64,000 nucleotides of DNA, taken from assembly GCA_038087875.1 (NCBI GenBank), contig CM075996.1, forward strand, positions 8,992,001 through 9,056,000. The letters are read 5' to 3'. Made by a program: the position numbers and the translations under genes. The notes under the pieces were generated by a model. It saw only the letters and a program-made list of their open reading frames with translations, was not told the DNA's origin and ran no database searches. The stretch is from Malacoraja senta. Its lineage: Eukaryota. The number at the start of each line of letters is the position of its first letter. Position 1 is the first letter of the stretch. This document shows positions 1-11,958 of this stretch, piece after piece.

Positions 1-437
1 AGGTTAACAGTATGATCTGTGTACAATATCTTACAGCATTACACACTATACAATAGTTAGTCCACTATTGCAGATGGCACAAAGAATTGCACCATGCTAA
101 TATTATTTTACATTTCTTGTGTTCTATTGCAGTTTGCTATAATCTCAATTGAAATAGAGTACAGTTTATGTACTATGTGGAATGTGGATCGGAATATTTG
201 GCAGCTTGTCGTATTACTGAGTGCTTTGTGTTCCCTGAGAGTATTGTACAGTCTTTGTATTAAAGCAGTCCCTACTTTAGGGTATTGTCCAGAATATATA
301 ACCAATTCAACTAGCTCTCTACTGTATTGTATAGTCTATTGTACAGGATATGCATTCAAATGGAGTTTGGGTTACACGGTGAAATATGATATCAGGGTGC
401 TTTGTTTTACAGGTATCATTTAATGTTGGCTGCCTAA

Positions 438-857
438 TGGGCCTGTCCCACTTAGGCGATTTTTTTAGGCAACTACAGGCGACTAGGCTGTCACCACATG
501 GTCGGGGTGTCGCCTATATGGCCGTGCGTAGTCTCCTCAGTCGCCCAAAGAGTCGGAGCGTCTTTCAGGTCGGCGCTGGATTTTCAACGTGTTGAACAAT
601 ATTCGGGGACAGTCGGCGACAGTGGGTTTGACGGGTTAGCGTAGCTTGACTTCTCCTGACGTAGGTGCGGTTATAGGTTGTCGCCAGGTGACGTAGGTTG
701 TCGCCGGTGTTGTCTTTGGGTTTTTTTTTGTTAAAGTAATGATTCTATTTCAAACTTTATGACGTAGGGGGGTCCAGTCGCCAGTTTTTCGGCGACCTGC
801 TACGACTATGACAGTCGCCGGCAGTCGCCTAAAAGTAGCCTAAGTGGGACAGGCCCA
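438..857. mobile_element. PIF/Harbinger-type MITE
   Basis: TIR tgggcctgtcccacttaggc / gcctaagtgggacaggccca; TAA target duplication. Confidence 0.88.
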
Positions 858-896
858 TAAGTTTGGATTGTGCATGCCGTGATATCTCTCTGCGTA

Positions 897-1265
897 TTGT
901 TAAGGGTTTGGACACGCTAGAGGCAGGAAACATGTTCCCGATGTTGGGGGAGTCCAGAACCAGGGGGCCACAGTTTAAGAATAAGAGGTAAGCCATTTAG
1001 AACGGAGACGAGGAAACACTCTTTCTCACAGAGAGTGGTGAGTCTGTGGAATTCTCTGCCTCAGAGGGCGGTGGAGGCAGGTTCTCTGGATGCTTTCAAG
1101 AGAGAGCTAGATAGGGCTCTTAAAAATAGCGGAGTCCGGGGATATGGGGAGAAGGCAGGAACGGGGTACTGATTGGGGATGATCAGCCATGATCACTTTG
1201 AATGGCGGTGCTGGCTTGAAGGGCCGAATGGCCTACTCCAGCACTTATTGTCTATTGTCTATTGT
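897..1265 (+). mobile_element. HER1/CR1 LINE 3' end
   Basis: SRTRGH.LRI....F....R.HFF.QRVV.LWNSLP motif; gaagggccgaatggcctactcc stem and (tattgtc)n tail. Confidence 0.88.
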
Positions 1266-1623
1266 ATCATACAATCACTGTGTTGCACTAATCATGACCT
1301 TGTACAGCAACTCCAATGTACAGGGGGCTGCAGAGGGAGGTGGACTCAACCTGCTCCATCACACGCAGTGCCCCTACATGAAACGCCACCTCAAAGTGGT
1401 GGCATCTGTGATCAAGGATTTCCACTATCCAGGCCACATCCTTTCCTCGCTCCTCCCAGCGGGCAGGAGGTACAGTAGCCTGGAGCCCCACGCCACCAGA
1501 TTCAGGAACCACTACTTGACTGCAACGAAGCAGTCGTAAAACTGACCCACACAACCCTCGTTCTACCTCAGTGAAGGAACATTCCTGAAGAGGAACGTCT
1601 CTTACATGACCATAGTCCATTGG

Positions 1624-2090
1624 GGAGGCATAGTGGTGCAGCGGTACAGTTGCTGCCTCACAGTGCCAGAGACCCAGGTTCGATCCTGACATCAGGTGCT
1701 GTCTGTACGGAGTTTGTACGTTCTCCCCGTGACCGCATCCGGTTTACCCCCACGTTCTAAAGACGTGCAGGTTTATAGGTTAATTGGCTTCAGTAAATTG
1801 TCCCTAGTGTGTGTAGGGTAATAATAATAATAATAATAATCATTTTATTTACTGGCGCCTTTCTAAAACCCAAGGACACCTTACAATGCATAGAATCACA
1901 AAAAAAAATACAAAACACATAATCGGAATAAATTAAATATAAAAACACCACAGTACACAAATCAAGGACAGAATTCAATTTCAAGAGCACCTTGAAGAGG
2001 GTAGAAGCAGTGTATGGGATGATGGCTGGTCGGCACCGACTCGGTGGGCCGAAGGGCCTGTTTCCACGCTGTATCTCTAAAACTAAAACT
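1624..2090 (+). mobile_element. HE1-like V-SINE with a nested L2-tailed insert (1820-1991, minus)
   Basis: SINE head and tail flank an (ATT)n-tailed insert nearly identical to 38535-38711. Confidence 0.8.
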
Positions 2091-2354
2091 AATCTTGTTT
2101 CTAGTTGGTATTTTTGCACTAATGTCTTGATTATTTTGTTGTACAATCTTTTCCTTTGCCATGTTTTGTAAAATCTATATGTAATTTTTAAATAATTTAC
2201 GTTAAGTATGTTGGCTGAATCTCAGTGCCGGTGATGCTGCTGCAAGCAAGATTTTCATTGTACCCGCACCTCACCATACGTGCACTTAACAGTAGACTTG
2301 ACTTGCTGTCCCTTCCTCTCTGGTGATCCCTGGAATTGACTGAACAGTGTGTTA

Positions 2355-2681
2355 AAGCCCTGTCCCACGGGACGAGTTCATTCCAAGAGTTCTCCCGAGT
2401 TTGCCCTGATTCGAACTCGGAGATTTACGGTAATGGCCGCTCGTCGGTACTCGGGGCTCTCGTGGACATTTTTCATCATGTTGAAAAATCTTCACCAGTC
2501 TTCCCGCGCTTACCTGCCGTTAGCGAGTCTTCCCGAGTACCTGCCGTTAGCGTTACGAGACGCTAAGAGACGTCCCCGAGCTCCGACGTACCCGCTACGT
2601 TCATTCTCCGTGTTTACCACGAGTTTGATTTTTTAAAAACTCGGGAGAGCTCTTGGAATGAACTCGTACCGTGGGACAGGG
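2355..2681. mobile_element. PIF/Harbinger-type MITE (second subfamily)
   Basis: ccctgtcccacgg...ccgtgggacaggg TIRs; similar to 4642-4949. Confidence 0.78.
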
Positions 2682-2965
2682 AACTGCAGATGCTGGTTTA
2701 AACCGAAGATAGACACAAAATGCTGGAGTAACTCAGCAGGACTGGCAGCATCTCTGGAGAGAAGGAATGGGTGACGTTTCGGGTCGAGACCCTTCTTCAG
2801 ACGTTTCGGGTCGAGACCCTTCAGACGTTTCCGGTCGAGACCCTTCTTCAGACGTTTCAGGTCGAGAACCTTCTTCTGAAGAAAGGTGTCGACCCGAAAC
2901 GTCACCCATTGCTTCCCTCCAGAGATGCTGCCTGTCCCGCTGAGTTACTCCAGCTTTTTGTGTCT
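2680..2965. mobile_element. Inverted pair of Penelope pseudo-LTR derivatives with a tandem array of hammerhead cores
   Basis: Four tandem gacgtttcgggtcgagacccttcttca-like units (2773-2876), then an opposite-strand ctgaagaaaggtgtcgacccgaaacgtca. Confidence 0.8.
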
Positions 2966-2993
2966 TATTTTGACTGAACAATGTCCAACTCAC

Positions 2994-3508
2994 CAGCCGT
3001 CGCTATCGCTGCTCCTGGCGGTGAACCTCTCTGCTGAATTCACCGAGAAGAGTTGGTCGTCCGGCGTGAGAGGGGGAGGAGGGGTTTTGTAGAGCGGGTG
3101 CTGAAACAGTGCCGCCAGCTTGGACGTGTTCAGCCTGTAGCCGTCGCTATGCATGTTACTGTCGGGTCCGGAGCCCGACTTTGAGGACCACTTGCTGACG
3201 AACGGCTGCCCGCCGGCACTCGAAGAGCCCCGCGCCTTTTCCAGGGACTGGGACGCACGGCTCCGGGTCCCGCTGCCGGCAACGTTCTGCAGATCCCTGT
3301 TCTTCTTCGGCAACCTGCCTTTCAGCACCGGCTGCTTTGGGAGCGAGTGGCCCGCGTGATCTTCGTGCTGCGTGCCGCGGGCGCATACGTTGACGTACAC
3401 CTCCTGAGCCGGTAGCAGGGCGATCAGGACGTGCAGAATCAGGCTGATCAGAATTAAAAACAGAAACACCAGTCTGGATTTACAGAATGCCGGGATCTTG
3501 CGATACAT
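2994..3508 (-). CDS. FAM20C: FAM20C-like Golgi/secretory Ser/Thr kinase, first coding exon (gene continues left of the window)
   Basis: ATG at 3508 gives MYRKIPAFCKSRLVFLFLILISLILHVLIALLP (signal anchor) ... SKLAALFQHPLYKTPPPPLTPDDQLFSVN...DGW, matching the FAM20C N-terminal motif (LFxHPLY..P.L...D.LF.VN). The exon ends TG|GTGAGT (phase 2, in the W codon, as in FAM20C exon 1). A pyrimidine-rich acceptor (ctctttgtttgcatgtacAG) at 3681-3700 suggests the exon begins at 3680. Confidence 0.88.
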
Positions 3509-4094
3509 CACAGCCAATTTCTGGAAACTCCTATTGAGAATGCTTCAGAACACGGACATGAGCCGTTAAAATGGACATCCGTGTCTGTGTCGTGCCCAGC
3601 ACCAAAACGACAGAGGCACACAGGAGCATGGGTGAGGTTTGTTTAATCCAGCCCTGGTCAGCACGACCGTCTGTACTTATCTGTACATGCAAACAAAGAG
3701 CAGCCCCTGTTCAAAGGTAGGTACGATGTACCCATGCCAAGACTCAGCTGAAACAGCAGAGCATGCAACTGAACGGCAGGCTGGGCCATCTAACGTCAAC
3801 CCGATAAAGCTGGCAGTGCCGTGGAATCATAGACATGGCAGGGCCTGAGGGGAAGGACATATCCCTCTGCTAATTGGGAACCCCTTTCCCTGGATGTCTT
3901 CCACAGCCTGTGGTCAGTGGCCAGGCACATTCCTGACTCCACCATTACTATCAAGCCGGGTGATCAGGCCAGGTTCAATGAGGAGCACTGGATGTGCCAG
4001 GTCGCTGAAAGGCTACACATTTGCAAAGAATAAACACAGCAGCGCAGAGCAAGGACCTGAGCAATCCCTCAACTCACAGGGCAGGACAAAGATA

Positions 4095-4530
4095 TATAAC
4101 CATATAACCATAACAGCACGGAAACAGGCCATCTCGGCCCTTCAAGTCCGTGCCGAACATTAAATTTTTTTTTTTTTTTTTTTTAATTAAAAATAAAATA
4201 CTTCCCCCTAGTCCCATCTACCTGCACTCAGACCATAACCCTCCATTCCTTTCCCGTCCATATACCCATCCAATCTATTTTTAAAGGATAACATCAAACC
4301 TGCCTCCACCACTTCCACTGGAAGCTCATTCCACACAGCTACCACTCTCTGAGTAAAGAAGTTCCCCCGAATGTTCCCCCTAAACTTCTGTCCCTTAATT
4401 CTCAAGTCATGTCCCCTTGTTTGAATCTTCCCTACTCTCAATGGGAAAAGCTTATCCACGTCCACTCTGTCTAACCCGCTCATAATTTTAAAGACCTCTA
4501 TCAAGTCCCCTCTTAACCTTCTGCGCTCCA
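4095..4530 (-). mobile_element. CR1 LINE 3' end (second subfamily)
   Basis: LERRRLRGDLIEVFKIMSGLDRVD...TRGHDLRI...NFFTQRVVAVWNELP. Confidence 0.85.
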
Positions 4531-4641
4531 AAGATGGACAGAGATAGCCCAGCATCTCTGGAGAGAAGGAATGATGGGTGACGCTTCGGGTCGAGCCCGT
4601 TCTTCAGACGGAACAGAGCCGAACAAAGCCCAGCAGTCTAA

Positions 4642-4949
4642 AGGGCCTGTCCCACTGAACGAGCTAATTCAAGAGTTCTCCCGAGTTTCCCCTGATTCGA
4701 ACTCGGAGAATTACGGTAATAGCCGCTCGTAGGTACTCGGGGCTCTCGTGGACAATTTTCAACATGTTGAAAAATCTTCATGAGTCTTCACGAGCTTACC
4801 GTGTTTCCCCGAGTACCTGCCGTTAGCGTTACGAGCCGCTAAGAGACGTCCCGAGCTCCTACGTACCTGCTCCGGACATTCTACGTGCTTACCACGAGTT
4901 AGATTTTTTTTTAAGCTGTTGAATTACCTCGTACAGTGGGACAGGCCCT
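4642..4949. mobile_element. PIF/Harbinger-type MITE
   Basis: agggcctgtcccactg / cagtgggacaggccct; TAA/TTA flanks. Confidence 0.85.
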
Positions 4950-5116
4950 TTACCAAGCCCCGTCATGAATGGTGAAACAAGGAACTGCAGATGCTGGTTT
5001 TACAGGGAAAGACAGAAAATGTAGGAGTAATTCAGCGGGTCATTGACGGTGGGCCCAGTATAAGATTGCACACCATAAGGCAGAAACATTTATAATTATG
5101 TTCACCAAGAAACATT

Positions 5117-5625
5117 ACAGAGGTTCACCTGCATCTCCTCCAACCTCATCTATTGCATCCGCTGCTCTAGATGTCAGCTGCTCTACATCGGTGAGACCAA
5201 GCGTAGTCTTGGCGATCGTTTCGCCCAACACCTCCGCTCGGTCCGCAATAACCAACCTGATCTCCCGGTGGCTCAGCACTTCAACTCCCCCTCCCATTCC
5301 CAATCCGACCTTTCTGTCCTGGGCCTCCTCCATGGCCAGAGTGAGCACCACCGTAAATTGGAGGAGCAGCACCTCATATTCTGCTTGTTTATACCCCAGC
5401 GGTATGAACATTGACTTCTCCAATTTCCGGTAGCCCTTGCTGTCTCCTCCCCCTTCTCAGCTCTCCCTCAGCCCTCTGGCTCCTCCTCTTCCTTTCTTTT
5501 TCCTGCCTCCCCCTCCCCCCCCCTACATCAGTCTGAAGAAGGGTTTCGGCCCGAAACGTTGCCTATTTCCTTCGCTCCATAGATGCTGCCTCACCCGCTG
5601 AGTTTCTCCAGCATTTTTGTCAACC
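5117..5625 (+). mobile_element. Penelope-like element 3' fragment (GIY-YIG endonuclease plus pseudo-LTR with hammerhead motif)
   Basis: SNLIYCIRCSRCQLLYIGETKR.LGDRF..HLRSVR...PVAQHFNS motif; CTGAAGA-GGG...CCC-GAAACGTT at about 5533-5560. Confidence 0.88.
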
Positions 5626-6228
5626 TCCGAGTGAGTGATGAATCCCGGCCTTCACCTGAGATCCTCACTAACACAGAGATGGCCTTTAGCGAATTCAATT
5701 CACTCCTGGTGAGATCAAAGTAAAGTAAAGTAAAGTAAGTTTATTTATATAGCACTTTTCAGTCGATTTCAATCAAAAGCCAAAGTGCTTTACAGGGAAG
5801 ACTATCCATACAAATAATAAAAAGAGGTAGAAAAAAATGACACAACACACTATAAGAAATTCAACACGAACATCCCCCCACAGTAGAATCTACACTCTCC
5901 ACTGTGAGGGAAGGCACTAAAATGTCCAGTCCTCCTCCTCCTAGTCCACCCGAGGTCGGGGCCAGTTTGAGGCCACCGCAGCCAGTCGCCGCAAAGGCAG
6001 CCCGATGATTATAGGCCCACCCGCATCGGGTGGAAAAGTCCTCAGCAGCTTTGAAATGTCTGGAGCGGCCGCTCCTTCCCCGGAGACTGCGACGCCCGTG
6101 GACTTCAGGCCGCGCCGGTTGGAGCTTCGACTCCGCGGTGCTTCCGATCCAGCGCCGCCCGCCAGTGGTCGGCAAGGATTAGATTCTTGCCACAAATCTG
6201 CCAGGCAATGGCCAATGGTCAACAACGG

Positions 6229-6523
6229 GACGGCACGGTGACGCAGCGGTAGAGTAGCTGCATAACAGCGCCAGAGACCCGGGTTCCATCCTGTCTGTGC
6301 GGTGTTTGTACGTTCTCCCCGTGACCGCGTGGGTTTTCTCCGGGTGCTCCGGTTTCCTCCCACACTCCAAAGACGTACAGGTTTGTTGGTTAATTGACTT
6401 TTGTAAGTTGTAAAATTGTCTTTAGTGTGTGTAGATTAGTATGCGGGGTGGTCAGTGGTCGGCAAGGATTCAGTGGGCCTAAGAGCCTGTTTCTGCGCTG
6501 TATCTCTAAACTAAACTAAACTA
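6229..6523 (+). mobile_element. HE1-like tRNA-derived V-SINE
   Basis: A-box/B-box head (ggtgacgcagcggt...ggttccatcc), V-domain gggttttctccgggtgctccggtttcctcccac, CR1-like tail with (ctaaa)n. Confidence 0.88.
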
Positions 6524-6862
6524 AAAGTCTGATCACCTTCCCCTGACATTCATGGCTGTTTCTGACCATCAACATCCTGGGAACATCATTGATCAGAATC
6601 TCAACTGGTCCAGCTTCTTAAATACCTTCAAGATGCAGTCAGAGGCAAGGTATCCTCTGATGCAAGACAGGAGAGTTTAGTTTAGTTTAGTTTAGCGATA
6701 CAGCATGGAATTAGGCTCTTCAGCCCACCGAGTCGAGTCTCTCTGAGTGGAGAGAAGGCAGGAACGGGGTACTGATTGTAGATGATCAGCCATGATCGCA
6801 TTGAATGGCGAGTTTGGCTCGAAGGGCCGAATGGCCTTCTCCTGCGCCTATTGTCTATTGTC

Positions 6863-7148
6863 AAGTCAAGTCAAGTCACATATATTTATATAGCACATTT
6901 AAAAAACAACTCTCGTTGGCCAAAGTGCTTTACATTTGTTATAAGAATAGTATAAACAAACAAACTACGTACATATATACATATAGCCCTCGCTCAGAGG
7001 ACGTCAAGAAAGGCTTGGGAGTATAGATAAGTTTTTAGTCTTGACAAAGGCGTCGATGGAGGGGGCAGTTCTGATGGGAAAGGGGATGCTGTTCCACAGT
7101 CTAGGAGCTGCAACCGCAAAGGCGCGGTCGCCCCTGAGCTTATGCCTA
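6863..7148 (-). mobile_element. Shorter copy of the same L2 family, inserted into a HER1 tail
   Basis: Near-identical to about 49234-49518; flanked by attgtctattgtc. Confidence 0.85.
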
Positions 7149-7605
7149 AATTGTCTATTGTCTGTAACCAGCGATCCCAGCACCCTAACACTTTCCTACA
7201 CGCACTAGGGACAATTTACAATATTACTAAAGTCAATCGACCTACAAACCTGTACGCCTTTGGAGTGTGGGAGGAAACCGGAGCACCCGGAGAAAACCCA
7301 CGCGGTCATAGGGAGAACGTACAAACTCCGTACGGACAGCACCCGTGGTCAGGAATGTAGCCGGGCCTCTGGCGCTGTGAGGCAGCAACTCTACCGCTGC
7401 GCCACTCTGCTGCCCCTGTAAGTGATGGGATACCTGGGTAAAGCAGCTGCAACAACAGTCAAGAGGCCTTACTTCAGTCTGGGAATAAGCAACCCTTTGA
7501 TTGCCATTCTATCCATTATCTGAAACAACGAATCCTTCCCCCACCGTCGAGGAGTGGGCGCCGTGTGTGCTAAGCAATGACCACCCCCAACAACATTCAG
7601 ATCAT

Positions 7606-8120
7606 GTTTAAGAAGGAACTGCAGATGCTGGAAAATCGATGGTAGACAAAAGTGCTGGAGAAACTCAGCGGGTGAGGCAGCATCTATGGAGCGAAGGAAT
7701 AGGCAACGTTTCGGGCCGATACCCTTCTTCAGACTGATGTGAGGATGGGGGGGGGAAGAAGAAAGGAAAAGGTGGAGCCAGTGGGCTGAGGGAGAGCTGA
7801 GAAGGGGAGGAGAAAGTAAGGACTACCTGAAATTAGAGAAGTCAATGTTCATACCGCTTGGATGGAAACTTCCCAAGCGAAATATGAGGTGCTGCTCCTC
7901 CAATTTATGGTGGTCCTCACTCTGGCCGTGGAGGAGGCCCAGGGCAGAAAGGTCGGATTCTGAATGGATCATGTTCCCTTCTTCAGACCTGAAGAATGGT
8001 CTCGACTCCAAACGTCATCTATTTCTTTTCTCCAGAGATGCTGCCTGATTCACTGAGTTACTCCAGCATTTTGTGTCTATCTTCAGTGTTAACCAGCATG
8101 TGCAGTTCCTTCCTACACAT
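7606..8120. mobile_element. Penelope-like fragment (minus) joined to an inverted pseudo-LTR piece (plus)
   Basis: EEQHLIFRLGSFHPSGMNIDFSNFR C-terminus; hammerhead-like motifs at about 7704-7733 (-) and 7989-8016 (+). Confidence 0.8.
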
Positions 8121-8479
8121 CATGTTTCCTTGAAAGACAGTGGCATTATCATGACTCCCAGCTATCAATATCCTTGGAGTCATCGTTGATCAGAAACTCA
8201 GCTAGTCAGCCTCACAAATATATGCAAGATGTAGTTAAGCTACCGTGACTGCAGCCCCTTCCATCAGGGACCTTCTGACCGCATTGGAACATCACCTACA
8301 TGATTCCATCCAAGTCTATCTTCAGTAGGAAATATATTCCTGCTCCTTTACCATTGTGGGTCTACATCTTGGAAGTCCCTCCCAAACAGCATTGTTGTAG
8401 TTGCTTCACTTGAAGGGGTGAATCAGATTAAATAATGTGGAGTAAATAATAAACTTGTGGAGAAGTGCCTTCAAACACA

Positions 8480-9315
8480 GGGTGGCGCGGTGGCGCAGCG
8501 TTAAGAGTCGCTGCCTTACAGCTTCAGGGACCCAGGTTTGATCCTGAGCACAGGTGCTTGTCTGTACGGAGTTTGTACGTTCGCCCCTTGACCTGCGTGG
8601 GTTTTCTCCGGGATCTCCGGTTTCCTCCCACGCTCCAAAGACGTACAGGTTTGTAGGTTGTGTTAAAGAAATCCGCTGCTCTAGATGCCAGCTGATCTAC
8701 ATCGGTGAGACCAAGCAGAGGCTTGGCGATCGTTTCGCCGAACACCTCCGGTCGGTCCGCAATAACCAACTTGACCTCCCGGTGGCTCAGCACTTCAACT
8801 CCCCTTCCCATTCCGTATCTGACTTCTCTGTCCTGGGTCTCCTCCATGGCCACAGCGAGCAACACCGTAAATTGGAGGAAATGCACCTCATATTCCGCTT
8901 GGGCAGTCTACATCCTGGGGGCTTGAACATTGAATTCTCCCAATTCTGCTAGCCCTTGCTATCCCCTCCCCTTCATCAGCCATCTGGTTGTCTCCTCCCC
9001 TCCCCCAGCCCTCAGGCTCCTCCTCCGCCTTTTTCCTTTTTTCCTTTCTTCTCCCCACCCCCTATCAGTCTGAAGAAGGGTTTCGGCCCAAAACGTTGCC
9101 TATTTCCTTCGCTCCATAGATGCTGCTGCACCCGCTGAGTTTCTCCAGCATTTTTGTGTACCTTCAGGTTTGTAGGTTAATTGGCCTGGTATAATTGTAA
9201 ATTGTCCCTAGTGTGTGTTGGATAGTGTTGGTGTGCGGGGATTGCTGGTCGGCGCGGACTCGGTAGGCCGAAGGGCCTGTTTCCACACTATCTCTAAACT
9301 AAACTAAAGTAAACT
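8480..9315 (+). mobile_element. HE1-like V-SINE interrupted by a Penelope element
   Basis: Head 8480-8660, tail 9165-9315. Confidence 0.85.
8670..9164 (+). mobile_element. Penelope-like fragment nested in a V-SINE
   Basis: ORF IRCSRCQLIYIGETKQRLGDRFAEHLRSVRN...; host SINE sequence caggtttgtaggtt is duplicated on both sides. Confidence 0.88.
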
Positions 9316-11215
9316 CTAGGCAGTGTACTGCAGGACAGATACAGAGTGCAGCTCATTTCATAGATTGTTCAACGTAATATTAGGACTGTTACAGCACAGA
9401 TATAGTGAAAACAAACTGCCACGCCAACCCCTTGCAGGACAGCATTAGATTAGATTAGATTTTATTCTTGTCATTTGAACCTCAAAGAGGCTCAAACGAA
9501 ACTCCGTTTCCACAGCCATACAAACAAAAAAACTCCTACACGACACACAAACAATTCAATTTACAGAAAAACATCCATCACAGTGAATCTCCTCCTCACT
9601 GTGATGGAAGGCAAAGTCTTTTCTCTCCCCTGCACCATTTTTCTCCCGATGTTGAAGCCACACATATTAGCAAGTTCCCTACACACTCTCCCATTGAAAG
9701 TACCCAGAAGAGGAGCCAGCTACTAAAAATCATGTATTGGTTATCCAGGTCATTTTTACAAAATACGTTTTGTTTATTTGTCACTGAAAGAACTGGCACA
9801 AGTTCAAACCATAAACAATGGATTTTGCTGAAAAGAATAACATATTCTTTCTACCACTTTATGTTCAATTAAACTCTGGATTTATGTCATTGAAACGTTT
9901 GTCCTTTTGTTATTTTCTCCATGATGTACGAGGATGTTGCCAGGACTCGTGGGACTGAATCATAGGGAGAGGCTGAGCAGGCTATGATTTTTGGACTTTA
10001 ATCCTTGGAGCCGGGACTTTATTCCTTGGAGCATTGGAGACCAAGGAGTGATCTTATGGAGTGTATAAAATATAGATTGGGTAAACACATAGAGTCTTTT
10101 CCCCTGAATTGGGGAATCAAGAATTAGAAGACATAGATATAGATTTAGTCAAGTTGAAGTTGAAGTTACATTTATTGTCACATGCGCCAATTGGTACAGT
10201 GATATTTGAGTTACCATACAGCCAAACGAATAAAAATAACACAATACACAATAGAATTTAACATAAACATCCACCACAGTGGAATCAACATTCCTCACTG
10301 TGATGGAAGGCAATAAAGTTCAGTCAATCTTCCTCCTTTGTTCACCCGTGGTCAAGGCCTCGAACCCTCCGCCGCTACCGACGGCCCGATGTACAGGCCC
10401 TCTTGCCAGGATGATCGGAACTCCGACGTCGGGACGGATCGGAACACACTCTGCGTCTTGGAGTTCCTGAATCGGCCGCTTCTTACCGGAGACCGCGGCT
10501 TCCGAAGTCCACAGGCCCCGCTGGATGGAGCTCCGACACTGGCGATTTAAGGTGAGAAGGAAAAATGTAATAGGAACCTGAGGGGCAACGTTTTCACACG
10601 GAGGATGGTCTGTATATGGAATGAACAGCCATAGGTGATGCATGTGCAATAATATTTAAAAGACATTGGGACTACTACATGGATAGGAAAGGTTTAGAGG
10701 GATATGGGTCAACTGAGGGTAAATATGTTACTAGCAAGATGGACACCGGAGCCTGGCATGAATAAGTTGGGTCGAAGGGCCTGTTTCAATGCTGCATGTC
10801 TCAATGACTACGTGTCACACAAAATAAATGCTGCTGATTACAATGTCAACTGTGGTGGACTTTAAACAGGCCATACAGGAAATTATTAGTGGAAGATTCA
10901 AATGGTTCATACAAGTCTGGTGCTCCGGTTTCTTCCCACACTCCACAGTAAAAATTGTAAATTATCCCTAGTGTGTGTGTGTGTGTGTGTGTAGGATAGT
11001 GTTAGTGTGCAGTAATCGTTGGTCGGCCTGGGTGGTCTGAAGGGCCTGTTTCCACACTGTATCTCTAAACTAAACTAAACTAATGTCAGAAGCCTACAAA
11101 CAGTTTAGCAGCACTAATTGACACAAAATTAAAGTAACCATTTTCAGGTTGTAACGAGCTAGGTGGCACTGTGCTGGGCTCGAGCACTTCACAATTCAAT
11201 CTACCACATTCATTT

Positions 11216-11958
11216 GGAGGTGCAGCGAGACCTGGGCGTCCTTGTACACCGGTCACTGAAAGTTGGCTTACAGGTACAGCAGGCAGTGAAGAAAGCTAAT
11301 GGAATGTTGGCCTTCATAACAAGAGGATTTCAGTACAGGAGTAAAGAGGTTCTACTGCAGTTGTATAGGGCTCTGGTGAGACCACATCTGGAGTATTGTG
11401 TACAGTTTTGGTCTCCTAATTTGAGGAAGGACATCCTTGTGATTGAGGCAGTGCAGCGTAGGTTCACGAGATTGATCCCTGGGATGGCGGGACTGTCATA
11501 TGAGGAAAGTTTGAAAAGACTAGGCTTGTATTCACTGGAGTTTAGAAAGATGAGGGGGGGATCTTATAGAAACATATAAATTTATAAAAGGACTGGACAA
11601 GCTAGATGCAGGAAACATGTTCCCAATGTTGGGCGAGTCCAGAACCAGGGGTCACAGTCTTAGAATAAAGGGGAGGTCATTTAAGACTGAGGTGAGAAAA
11701 AACCTTTTTCACCCAGAGAGTTGTGAATTTATGGAATTCCCTGCAGGGAGTGGAGGCCAAGTCACTGGATGGATTTAAGAGAGAGTTAGATAGAGCTCTA
11801 GGGGCTAGTGGAGTCAAGGGATATGGGGAGAAGGCAGGCACGGGCTATTGATTGGGGACGATCAGCCATGATCCCAATGAATGGCGGTGCTGGCTCAAAG
11901 AGCCGAATGGCCTCCTCCTGCAACTATTTTCTATGTTTCTATGTTTCTATGTTTCTAT
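11216..11958 (+). mobile_element. HER1/CR1 LINE 3' fragment
   Basis: EVQRDLGVLV...LYRALVRPHLEYCVQFWSP...; (ttctatg)n tail. Confidence 0.9.

Noticed and set aside
1624..1700. tRNA genes (also near 6229, 8480, 24683, 38305, 43855)
   Set aside because: The A/B boxes are SINE heads that run directly into the V-domain; no complete cloverleaf.
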